From Raillietiella orientalis (taxonomy: Eukaryota): a stretch of 64,000 nucleotides of DNA. Of this stretch, positions 1 to 13,708 are shown in pieces. The DNA is taken from contig JAYWIR010000034.1 in assembly GCA_036172245.1 (NCBI GenBank), forward strand, positions 744,001 through 808,000, read 5' to 3'. The position numbers and the translations under genes are program-made. Under the pieces are notes generated by a model, which saw only the letters and a program-made list of their open reading frames with translations, was not told the origin of the DNA and ran no database searches. Position 1 is the stretch's first letter. The number at the start of each line of letters is the position of its first letter.

Positions 1-274
1 TGTAAAATGTACTATATTTTACACAATGCGTATGCTAATCGTGAACTGATACAAAATGCAAACTTCATTTAGCTGGCAGTAGAGGTAAAACAAATAAAAT
101 ATCAAATAGCGGATGATGGAACACTTATGATACTTGCAGTTGTGAAGAATCATATGTATGGTCTATCATTATGACGAGCAAATTAGTTCAGATACTAGTT
201 TCTATAGACTTGCTAATCTACTATCTTGCACCAACTGTATGCAGACAAAAACTTTAACTGCTTCAATTTGCTTT

Positions 275-1868
<1,594 letters not shown>

Positions 1869-2149
1869 CTAAATAGCGAGGTTATTTCATAAATTAATGC
1901 ATTAGCTACTAATGCACCGGAACTCTTGCTAATTAAAGCATTATTTCAATTAATCCATTATTAATACGATTCCATGTATGCAACACTTTAAAAATCAATT
2001 CTAAATTGTTGCTTCAAATTATTATTTGTGAGATTTATTTTGTGAAATCTGTGAAAATGAGTATTTTCAGCCTGCAGGTGGTGTGCTTATTTATAACAAT
2101 GGAATTTTCCTTTATAAATATTAACTTAAGAATAATCTCTAGAAAGTTT

Positions 2150-3150
2150 ATTGTTTCACAGATGGATGCCAGAGTTAGGAAAGTAGAAGAGTATGAGGGG
2201 AAAATATAATGGGAAATCTGGCTAAAATTTACTTGAAATGTTTCTTAAGGCATTTTCTTATGAGTGATATAAGGTAATATATGAGGTGATAGCTTTGGAA
2301 CAAGGATGATAGTCAATGCTAATCAGGAGATGAATAGAGGGGCTAGTTTTTGTCATGTTAGTCATGTTGTCATGATGGTTGACAATCATGATGAGTTAAA
2401 GTCATAGTGGAAGGGTAATATTCCTAACTGTTGAATTATGATCAACAAGGTGGACGGATATAGAAGGCAAGGGAGGGAGTTAAAGGAGATACAGGTGAAC
2501 AGGAGGATTAACGATAATACTATTTGAACGAGGAAGTATTTCATTGTATTTGGATTGAAATTAGAAGGGTCTTAGAATAAAGCTATTTTTCATTCATTGA
2601 GTCTCACAAAGTAATTTTCACATGCATTTCTTTCAAGAGAGCTATGAAAAGTGCTTTTCAGATTATGTGCAATTATTTCAAATAAGATCTGTAAAAATCC
2701 ACATATATTAAAGAGCGTTTTCTTATATAAAACTTTAAAATGGAAAGGTTTAAGCTACTTCTCTGGAAGACCATCCTTGGAAAACTTTACTTTCTTTGCT
2801 TAAAGAAAAATTATCATCCGAATCTCTTGAGACAGATACATTTGCATAATTTGTTAAGTCTCTCTCTCTAAATTTATGCATCCTTTCAGTTATCGATCAT
2901 CAGCTTTCTTGCAATGTTCAATTTATTGCACTGTTAGATGTAAATTCCATTATAGATCAATTACAATGGTACTGCACTCCAACACTTTCATATAATTAAC
3001 AGTCAGTACATATACTGACTATAGTTCAGGGATAATTGATAAATTCAAACACGTCCACTTTCATATCATATACGAAGTATGCAGAGCATTACAAATAGGG
3101 GCCATACAAAGTCTAATACATCAGTGAATAATGCACATACGGAAAACTGA
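2150..3150 (-). mobile_element. Possible highly decayed non-LTR retrotransposon (LINE) fragments
   Basis: Broken, frameshifted minus-strand reads faintly resemble LINE ORF2 motifs (PISL..K and the C-terminal KLE.LQRK..GM..L..ERL..L block). No open frame. Confidence 0.25.
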
Positions 3151-3241
3151 AACGGATTGTTTTTGGATTAATTTTGTTCTGTTCTGGAACAAATGACATT
3201 TCAAACAATTCATTACCTGTCATTAATGAATCATAAAAAGT

Positions 3242-3310
3242 CACACACACACACAGATATACATACATACACACATACATATACAGACATATATAGGTAG
3301 GTAGGTAAGT
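3242..3310. repeat. Compound microsatellite (CA)n/(CATA)n/(TAGG)n
   Basis: cacacacacacacagatatacatacatacacacatacatat...aggtaggtaggtaag seen directly. Confidence 0.85.
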
Positions 3311-5010
3311 ATGCAGGTATATTTGATCACCAGTTGTATTCTTTGTGAGAATGCATCATTAGATTTTCGAATTCATTATCCCAGAGTAAAAACGAAACGA
3401 AACTTGAAACGAAAATTCTTTACCAATATCATTATAAAAACTTATTCAGCTTTCTTTTATAAGCTTTGGGTGTCATACGGTCAAAAAAATGATACTCAAA
3501 CAATGTTCTGTTCTGTCTCCCACAGTCTCTGATCATTCCTGCGAAAGTGTGAAAGATGCATAAACAAGCATTTTGCAGTTCATTCTTGTATCTTATTACA
3601 ATCAGGATGTCCCAGTTTTCAAAGGTTTCATCTCATTCGGAAATCTGCCCAAGAAACTTCAAGAGAATTTTCATTGTACTTAAGTGCTAATAATCTTGCA
3701 ACAAGCTACTTTCATTGTCAATTATTTTTAAATTTTCAAATAGTTCAACTATTTAAATCTTGCATACAGAATTTATTGGCGATTTAGTGTCCTCGAGTTC
3801 ATGGCACTTTCGTACGTGCAGATTGGAGGACCGATCTATTATGATCTAATCTGAAAGTTTTTCAACAGTGTCCACGGATCTCTTGAGAATTGTTAAAATA
3901 CTCGAGTAACATGACACTTATTGAGTGATACAGCCAGATTGTTGACATCAATTTTGAAAATTACAGTCGTTTCCTTCTTTGCTGGAGATGAACACACTCG
4001 AGGAAGACCAGACGAATGTGCAAAAAATCTAAGTAGAGCAATCTGATGAAATATTACAAATATATAGACTCCAATATATACGTTTAGTCGCAACCATGAT
4101 CACTGAAAACGTTAATTTTTATGAATGTTACATTAAATTTCTTGGGACATCTCTCACAAATTTGATAATGAAAGCTGATGGATAAAAAATCTATCTTTTA
4201 ACATATCTCACATTTCTGAAGAAAATGTCTCCGAAACATTCGCTGGTCATTGGCCATTCATTTTTGATTCATGACATCTACAGCTGTGGTTTTTTTTTTT
4301 TAGTGAGTGGGGGGGGAATGATTTTTTTAAAGGTGCATGGGTGTATTTTGAAGATATTGATAGTGATTGTTTGTTAGTTTGTATTGAAATTGGTATGTTT
4401 GCAACATATTCTAAGTGAGAACGAGGGCGTAGATGTTATGCTCATCTTCGTGCTCACATACAGATACATGCCTAAGAATGCAATTTGTCTTTGAAGGAGT
4501 AATGCCTACTTGTGGACCCATTTTATGAACGATCTGATTTGAATAAAATGTTACACAAAGTGTGAATACTGAAAAACGTGAGATGAACATACTGCCTTCT
4601 GGAAATCACCGGTAACATGTATGAGAAATGATCGTGTCAAAGGTGCGACACTGTCAACGCGGTAATGTGTAATGTGGCCTAGAAACTTAATCAAGCACAC
4701 TCGAAAGGGAGGAACAACTTTTCAAACGATAATTTGGACATATGAAAACGATAGTACAGCTTAAGATTTTCTGTTTCGTTCCAAGATTGAGCATAGCTGC
4801 CTTTGTAGTGTCACGGTTAAGACGAAGAATTTCGGCCATTTCTTGTGTACCAGTCATATTTGCAAGTGTTTCGCTTTGATGCAGTGGTCTGATTTCTTGA
4901 AAGTACACCCGTCAGTGGAATTTACAGTTGATTTGTACAATTGAACATGAACGTAGGTCTAAGAAATCAGTTTTGAAATTGCATTAGAAAAGCAACAAGA
5001 TTCTCTGAAT

Positions 5011-6490
5011 ATGAAGTGTTTTGATTTTAAAAGTTTGTGCTTATTTTGTGAGTAAAGCAGCTCACTTAGAACATGCTCTGTTTAGATGAAAAATATTACC
5101 CCGGTGCAATTTCCGATTTTTTTAATGGAGTTCAAAAATCCAGAAATGTTTCGAGCAATAATGAGATTTCGAAAAAAACACCGATTAGAGACGCAACACC
5201 CAAAGATATCAAACCGAAAGTTAAGCATGTTTCTCTAGGTGAAGGAAATCGCAAAGTTCGGTATTTAAGAAAGGAACTGACGAACTCCGACTCCACAGAT
5301 GAATTCCGAACTGTCTTTGTAGGCAACATACCACTGACCGTTAACAAACAAAAGATTAGAAAATTATTCAAAAAATATGGTGTTGAAACAATACGATGCA
5401 AATGTAAGCCACAAATGCCAAATTCATCAAAAAAGTTAGCGAAAAACAGGTACTGGTCGATCGTATCTTGTGCTGATTATTACTTGCTGTGGTATTTTAA
5501 TAACCATTAAAATTGTGCATGCTGCAAAAGTACTTGCATTCTTACTGGGTTACTAGAAAATTAAAATCCCGTTTCTAACTTTTTGTCTCTGCACACCAGT
5601 TCTCATCAATCTTGTTTGCATAATCACCAGTTTTTATTCACCGTTTTTAGCACATCAACTGACTGTCAGCAGTGCACTTTTTCAGCATATATCAAATTTG
5701 TGTCACGTGAAGCAGCCTTAGATTCACTTGAAATGAATGGATTTATAGTGAATGACTTTCACTTACAAGTAGATCTTGCTGAAAATAGCAAAATTCATGA
5801 TCATCACAAAGCTGTATTTGTTGGCAACTTGTTACTAGGTGACTCTTGAGTGCTGCAAAATTTCAGTCTTATTTGTATTCTTTAGAGGCAGAAGAAGAAA
5901 AATTACGTGCTCACTTCTCTGAATGTGGATCCGTTCACTCTGTTCGGATTATAAGAGATCCAATCACGAAAAAAGGAAAAGGATTTGGTTATGTGAACTT
6001 TAAGGTAATTAAAAAGGAATAACAGTTGATGTAATTGTATACAGAACTGTGACAGTGTTGAGTTGGCTTTGCAATTAGATGGTACAACGTTTGAAGGCAG
6101 ATCACTGCGCATACAAAGATGCAAAAGCCAACCAAAGCTTAAAGTCAAAAAGAAGTTGGACAAAAATTCCAAGATTGAATCAACATTTCATAAGAATCAA
6201 TCTGCAAATGAAGGTTGCAATAGGAAAGGCAAACTAGTGTGCATGAAACCAAGCACTTATGATAACTGCCATATAAAGAAACCTTCACAAAAAATGCAAA
6301 AAAAGTCTGACTTTTCAGTGTCTGGTTTAAATGCGTACATTGGGTTTCAGTCAACAAAAGGGACATGCCCTAAGGTGAGCAGACATGTTTATTATGACCA
6401 AAGATTTTGTATTAATAATATCTTTAGAAGATGAGAATCACAAAGTTGGCAAAAAAGCAGCGTTGGATTGCTGAGTTGCTGAATAAATGA
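5011..6490 (+). CDS. RBM34: RNA-binding motif protein 34 (Nop12-like, two RRMs)
   Basis: N-terminal YYPGAISDFF; RRM1 RTVFVGNIP...AYIKFVSREAALDSLEMNG...LQVD; RRM2 AVFVGNL..EAEEEKLRAHFSECGSVHSVRIIRDPITKKGKGFGYVNFK..DSVELALQLDGTTFEGRSLRIQRC. In-phase introns 5450-5650, 5839-5885, 6005-6044, probably 6375-6427. Start uncertain (5011 via intron 5048-5085, or 5073); end 6490 if the last intron is spliced, otherwise 6434. Confidence 0.88.
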
Positions 6491-8793
6491 CAGAATACGA
6501 CTCCAATCTTTTCTGTCTTTCTTGTTCTAAGTTCTTTGTTTTCTGCCACAGGGATTCATTGAGTTGCTGTTGGCCATAACTGAGAGCTTGTAGGCGAGCT
6601 AACTCTAATAAGATATGCAACTGTTCAGCTCCGTATTTCTTATTATGCTGCCTCTCCTGCACAAAATCTTCTTGGATTATGAGTTGCAATGGTTCAGAAA
6701 TAGAAAATGTATTCAGGCGTGCTTTTGTCAAATAAACACGAAACAAGTGCAACAAGTTCGGGAACAGCTGAATGTTTTCCTGTGATCCATTCTGCCAAAT
6801 GATGGGAAACTGCACATCACTCTGAAAAACTACATTATAAAAATTTCAACCTTATGCACAAGAAGCTTACTCCTAACATACTGCGTCCTTCAGACAAAAT
6901 TAATACCAGAAGGTTGGTGTCATAGTCCAATCTGTGAAACTGAAAATCATAATGCAACTTTTGCCACTGAATAAGATCTTTGAGAGCTGCTACATTCTGG
7001 ATTCCTGTGTATCATCAGAGCTTGGGCACAAAATCTATTTACTACCTTTTTGGTTAAGTTGACCTGGTTCCATCTGTGTCTCATCCAAAACTAAATGGGT
7101 TCCAGAACTAAGTTGTAGTAATCCTTCTCGTAGTCTGTTGGTGTTGTAATCTTTGCTAAAAACTCTCAGTCCATTTATTACGTCTCAGATGCTCACCAAG
7201 GTATTAAGTGTGCTGTATTCAAAGTGTTCAAATTCAAAGAGAGAAAGGAACTTCTATCCACCAGCTGTTGTATAACCTCGTATAAACTAGCTGCAAATTT
7301 CTTGCTTTTAATACCACAAATGTTGAGTGCAAATTTGCCAAGAATAGTGACATTCTTATGGCTGTGACTAGAAAAAAGCTCGAACATTCCTTTACGAAAT
7401 TGTCTCACATGCTGGAGAGGAGATGACACAATAGGTATTCAGCAGCACAGGAGTCATCACAGAGCAGCCTTTGTAGCAAACAAACCAATTCAAATCGAAC
7501 TTGTTCAATGGAGTTCCCATCTTGTGGAAAAGAGTTTTAGCATACTTGAACCAGAAACTCACCTGGAACTGGAGTAGGTATGGAATCAACATAAGGATTA
7601 CAATGCATAAAAGGACATGTGAAGAGAACATGGACTACAGGAAGTAAATGATCTTGAGCTTCAGATGAATCACATAGATCCTCTAATGGAGGCATACATA
7701 AGATGCCAATGAGATCAATCAAATCATTTAATTTCCAGCTGGGATCATTGTCATAAACCTACAAAACTGACTACTATTTCTGTTTGAAGACTCACTTTTG
7801 CAACACAGCTGTGAACTTCTGGAAATGCTTGCAGTTCCACATCCCTAGAGTCACTGGTATCAGTCAGTCTGTTTTCACAGTCAAGACGGGGATGTTTTGA
7901 GTTACTGAGGCCAAGACTGTTAGAAGTAATTTTTCTCTTGTGTGTTTGCTGCAACATTTCCTGCTTTTCCACTTCATCTATTTACAAAGCTAAGGATAAC
8001 AGTCATTTCATAAAGGATATCTGTTTAGTCCATTCATTTCTTCCAGGCACAGAAATGCACACAAAACTATACCGCTGCTTAGTTACCATAGGATCCATAA
8101 ACTGGGCATCTGTGACCTGAAATACTATTATAAAATAGCTAAGTCTCGAAATTTGAGTACCTCATCATTTAAGATATCCCGAAATCTTCCTGTCTTCTGC
8201 CTTACACCACCTGCATTCTTCTCTGCTACGTTATAAACATCGAGAAAATACTCAGGATCCAGCATGTCCTGAATCATGCCTTGGAATCTCACAAGCTGAT
8301 GTTGTTTTACATGTTCACCTGTGGAACCTAGATTTAAATATGGAACCTAGATTTACCAAATCAAAATACTGAAATAAAAATATTGTTTAAATACTTGTCT
8401 CAGTGATTCCGAAGAAAGCTTCTCCGCGAAAAATTCCGTAACTCCCGTCTCCCAGCCAACTTTGCATGATATGGCATCTGGAACATTCAACATTCAGTAC
8501 TAGTTTACATCATAAAATTGTAGCGCTTGCATCAGCGCACAAAATACAGATTTTGCTAAAATAGAGGATGACTGATATCAACACATTAAAAAAATGAAAA
8601 CTGCCACTATTAAATGAAAACTTGATTCTCATTTCAGGTGATTAGTTTTAACAGTTGGTCTATAAAATTTTAAATTATTTACGAAATTTTTGATACTCTT
8701 GGAGCAGCTTGGAGTGACACTGTCCACACTCTTACCAAAAATATTATCAATGATGGTCAGTGGGCAATTGATCCAACTAATAGCAGCTGGCAT
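6438..8793 (-). CDS. MCMBP: Mini-chromosome maintenance complex-binding protein
   Basis: Spliced translation: [105 protein letters not shown], all matching remembered MCMBP blocks. Exons include 8793-8736, 8477-8395, 8346-8161, 8116-8021, ~7975-7796, 7758-7563, and from 7520 onward. Confidence 0.93.
7976..8020 (-). other. Putative U12-type (minor spliceosome) intron in MCMBP; 3' boundary uncertain
   Basis: Phase-0 donor CAG|ATATCCTTT at 8020; read-through hits TGA five codons later; branch-like TCCTTAGC at 7996-7989. Confidence 0.7.
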
Positions 8794-11700
8794 TTTCCCG
8801 CAAAATAACACAAATTCAAAACAAGGCTGCCATCACTAATTTTCATTTATATAGTTTAATAAACGTGCACAATAAATACAGCAAAGTCGTAATTCGTGAA
8901 TTCAGTTTTTTTTTATTGCACAAAAAGTTCATTTTTAAATAATTTGAATTTTCAGTTTGATCAGGTATACAAACAATTTTCATTTGTAGAACTGAAATAA
9001 GTTTATTTCAAGAATTTCCAGATAAGACGATTTGGGGAACAAACGAGCTTCAGGTAAAAAAAAAAAAAAATTCAGTCTCATTAGAACTCATTTATTGTTC
9101 ATTTGATATGTTCTGAAACAGCGTTCATATTAAAGATTCTTGATATCCTCATCTTATGATTTATCTTAAATGCTACTGACAAGTGTGCAAAATCTGTTGG
9201 GATCCCATTTCGAATGACCTTTATGTGCTTAAAAGTATTGAGAAATGTGTGTCTTTTCATATCATAAAATCCATTCAAAGGAAGAACGAGGATAGCTGAA
9301 GTCTGCGATGGCAATTTACTGGCATTGTATTTTTACGATTTTCCAAAGAATCCTTGGAATCATCATTTACATTCATCAGTTTATTCTAACCACAAATAAG
9401 CAATCAATAAGCGAATATAGTTATCATCAGAAAACACTACAAGATTATGTCAGTGCATATGAGAATTACAAAACATTTAGAATCCTATAATCTGAATATA
9501 AGGGAAGATATAGTCTGAAAATAAGTTCCGTCATTGTTAGGAAATAGTAACAAAAGGATTAGCGACTGAAAAGAGATTATTGCATTGTGAAAGCTGAAAT
9601 TTTCCTCTTTTAGGATGCTCTTACTATTTATTATTACAAGATTGCTACATTATGAATTACCAAATTAAGGATCACTGAATTTATAAGATATATAGAGTGA
9701 CATCAATAAAAAAATAAATCAGAATAACTGGTTAGAGGAAATCCCAAACAGAACAAAGAATTCTTTTACGTCTACAAAGTGCACGATAAATTAAAATAGC
9801 ATACGAATCCTTCTTCATGGATTTTCAGCATAATTTTTTGATGTACTTCACATTTCTCTTTACGGAATTTCGGGTATTAAAGTTCTTTTTGCTGTTAGAA
9901 CACTTTTCACTATTCTTAATCTGTCTAGGATTTTTGGCAGAGAGCTGCAGAATGTGAGGATTTCCAAAAATTATCTCATGACACATATAAAGAAAGTTGG
10001 GCGTGATATAGCCTCTTTCATAACGAGATTTATCGTTCTTGTTTTTTTCTTCACGAATACTCTCCCCCCAAACGATGAGGGTAAACGAATTCGATAGTCT
10101 CTGGCTCCAAGAAGACTGTGAATTCATGATTCCTGCTTTATAGAAGGGGAGTCTCTATAATCAATTGTATAGAGCCATAAGTTTATTAGGTTCATTACTG
10201 CTTGGATGAGTAGTAATGAGAGATTATCTGCAAGTCAATCTACAGTTTGAAAGCAGCTCGTTTGTAAGTAAATAAAGGATATCTTCATTTAGACTTACTT
10301 TCTGTCTCTAGGAGGAAATTTCCCTCCACCTACATTAACAATTTTGAAGTAAAACAGCAGAACAATAGCGAAACCGTTCAGCTGTGGAACACAAGTCAAC
10401 TGGAGTGTACTTTCTGCAGTGCTATGCCACAGAGACAATCATTGCACTGAAATTGTAGAAAGACTTGAATCCTTAATTCCTGAAGATTTCTTGATAGTGA
10501 ACTCCTCATCGAAAGTGCATTATTTGTCCTCTGCTTATTCCAGACAAAACTTATATTGAGGAAATCAACTTTTAATCCTCTAATCAAATATCACAACCGA
10601 TGATTGTTTACGTTTCCATCTTTTTACCAAAGTACATTCTCGAAGTATTCTTATTCAAAATGAATGGAAAATCTCAATGAATCAAAAAAGGAAATCATCA
10701 ATAAACGATTTTAAAGTAACACTGTATCATACGAACTGATGAATATGAACGCGATTTGATTTCTAGATGCTTCTACTGATGGAGCTACCACAAATAAGCT
10801 GGAAAGAAGGATCAGAATAAATAATAATGAATGACGACAGTATCTTCAAAGGCCGACCACAATAATGATATAGAAATTATAAATGACGGAAAAATGAAAT
10901 GATGTATTGATGACAAAATAATGCATCGATATACTAAATTAATTTTCAATTCCCGAATTCTAGCGTTTTCGACATTCATTATCATACTTGCTCCAAATGC
11001 GCTTCCTTACTGACATGACACTAAAAGTCAGAAAGCTGTTTATTGGCTCATTACTTCGTTTGTCTTCGTGATCCTGTGAGCAGGGGTTGCACTATTTGAG
11101 CGGCTCGTTGATCTTCGATCTACCTAGCGAAAGTTGTATCATGACGCATTTCCTTCTCTCATGCAATCCAATGGATAGAGAGATCCTCTTGGACAGATGT
11201 GCTATGAGTAAAAGACATTCACTCAAATCTCTTCGAGATTGTCAGTATTTGCTTGTTAACTTTCGAGTGAAAGAAGGGTATGCATATGTAGAAAAGGCAT
11301 GTCTCTGAATATTATAAGATCGCTTTTTCCGACGTATTCACTTAAATTTGACGAATAGTTTCTTCCTCATTCGTCGGCTTTGCAGATTTGCTCCATTGCA
11401 AGTGAGTCTCTTGTCATAATGTTGTGAACACAGTCTGTATAATTGTTAAAGCTGATTTTCACTGTCCACTACCTAGTACAGTTGCAACTTTGTCAAACTC
11501 AATGGATCTTAAAATTATACTGTAGATAACAGGCGATCACACTTGGAGATGCAACCATCTGAAATATTTCTATCACATCGAATTCCAACTTTTATTTTCG
11601 CTAGCGTATTTTTATTTTGAATTCTAAAATATTTAGAGTCCAAAATAAAAATAAATCTCTAAAATAGAGTCTCTAAAATATTTAGAGACTTGACAATCAT

Positions 11701-11899
11701 CACATATAATTTTAGATCACTAATGAAGGTTGGAGAATACTAAATAGCTATGCATCGCAATATTGCCGAAAATCTTGAAATCGGAGCTACTAAACTGAAA
11801 CGTCATCGTCTTTATATCAACAATTTTTTTCTCGTAATTCTATGAATTCCACATTCCAGAATTTATTTGAAGGATTCGGAGTAGTTATTCTCTCTCCTA

Positions 11900-12650
11900 C
11901 CTACAACATAAGCCTCTCTGATGTAGGTAATATCACCAAACAAGCTTCGTTATTGAGAGGAAGTTATTTGCAAACTGAGAAAATAATAGCAAGTTTTGAA
12001 GGTGCCATAAGCAAATTAGCAGCAAGAGCTGATTCTATATGTATCTAACGTTTAGGAATATCCTATAAAATATATCAGGATATTCAATCAGCATCTTCAA
12101 CCGTTAGTACTTGAATGCCAAAGGTCCACTTCGATACTACAGATCTTTAGCAAAAGGAAAAACGGATTTCGATCCTTTACTTCGATAAGCATTAATTCAT
12201 TAAAAGAAATATGGAGATTGTAAACTGAACTACAAAACTTGCAGCCGTAATATGACGCTTGGTGAAGGAAGTTCTGAAGGCTCACGCTCAGGTAATCATA
12301 AATTTCCAAGTGTAAGTCCGTCATAACGATTACGTGGCACTGTTCGAGGTCAGTACTCAAGCACCTTATATAACTCACCTTATTTTCTATTAACAGAAAT
12401 GAATTTGGTTTTACAGGTCTCTATAAAGGGAATAATTTGAATATGACGAAGATTTCAGATATGAAAATCATCCCGAGTTCATTTGTTTTCAAGTTCTGAA
12501 CTTAATTCAGTGGTTAAGAATCTTCTGCATCAGATGATAAAAGCTGAAGCTTTTATTGCTTGATACAATGGTGCAGAAATATTTGGTGATTTCTATATCG
12601 ACTTTTCACTTCCTTTTTATTGGATGAAAAGTAAATGCCATTTGACTAAA
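11900..12650 (+). mobile_element. Degenerate LINE (CR1/L2/Jockey-like) reverse transcriptase relic
   Basis: Decayed RT motifs appear in the expected order: SLL...EKII (~11945-11990), gatctttagcaaa (DFSK-like, ~12142), K.YG and L.KEVL..HAQVIIN (~12205-12305), gaggtcagtactc (QGSVL-like, ~12345), QWC...KCH (~12565-12640). Many stops and frameshifts. Confidence 0.45.
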
Positions 12651-12920
12651 CAGAATGTTTGATTTTGCAGCAATTTTATCTTAAATGTTTCAAAAGACTC
12701 TCTTGAATACGAATGTATGTCGTAATCAATAAATTGGATATGTGATAAAAGGATTTGAGACTTTGCATAATGAATGCAAGGGTTGCATGTAGTTTCTATT
12801 TGAACACATTTTGAATGTGTGAATAATGAAGCTAACAACAACAGTTGCAAATGGCCATCCTGCTTATATTCACAGGAAAGGTCACGTTGCGGTAAAATTC
12901 AGTCTCAAGAAAATGAAAAA

Positions 12921-13703
12921 ATGTACAGGAAATATATGAAATTACTGGATAATTGGCCCATTGATCCTACAAAAAATAACAGGTAATTAGATTTTGTTCA
13001 TATGGAAGAATGTATAGGTGTGAGATACATTGATAAAGGATGAAAATAAGATCACATTTCTGTTTGACTCAGTTTCTGTATGAATTCAGTTGTGAGTGAT
13101 TTCTTAATTCATGTTGTGCAGTTAACAAATTTTTCATTATGGTTGTTTCAGAACGGTAGAGTAACATGAAATTTTCAAGATTAACGTTAAATAATTTTCT
13201 TGAAATATGTCAGCATCAGTAGTAGTCTCTTTTGTCAGTAGCAGCTGTAGTAGTGTATCAGTAGCATTCTCATAGTAATTTTTATACTTCGTGATTTTTC
13301 AAAATTAATACTTCAGTTTCCTTGATATGATTCCTTACTGTTCCCAAAATGACTAATGTTTGTTGTACTAAGAAATTTTTTACAAAATTGGAATTTCAGG
13401 GATTTAAGTGCCTATTTGAGAAAATTTGTTGTTGCAAAATTCCGTGATAACAAAGAGAACAAAATAGATTTGGCTGGATGTGAACAGAATTATCAAAGTT
13501 TGCTTCGTATTTCCACAGACTATTACTTGAAAAAATATCCATGCTTACATGTTTCTGGAGCATTGGGTTTATCCTATGATGATTGCAGATACATTAATTC
13601 TACTAGCACCTTAGAAGCCTTGAACAAAAAGAGAAAGCTTTTTAGTTGGCTTACAGAGAAACGGAAACATGAACCAGTGAAAGACTCACCCATAGAGGCA
13701 TAA
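12921..13703 (+). CDS. UQCC2: Ubiquinol-cytochrome c reductase complex assembly factor 2 (Cbp6 ortholog), 2 exons, 121 aa
   Basis: Exon 1 12921-12982 (MYRKYMKLLDNWPIDPTKNNR), GT-AG intron 12983-13399, exon 2 13400-13703 (DLSAYLRKFVVAKFR..CEQNYQSLLRISTDYYLKKYP..GLSYDDCRYINSTSTLEAL). Parallels human UQCC2 ([52 protein letters not shown]). The ORF track shows only exon 2 with a false start. Confidence 0.9.
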
Positions 13704-13708
13704 CTAGG

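Noticed and set aside
8322..8355. 15-nt direct repeat TGGAACCTAGATTTA duplicating an MCMBP acceptor
   Set aside because: The second acceptor is 19 nt away and would frameshift; probably a neutral micro-duplication or coincidence.
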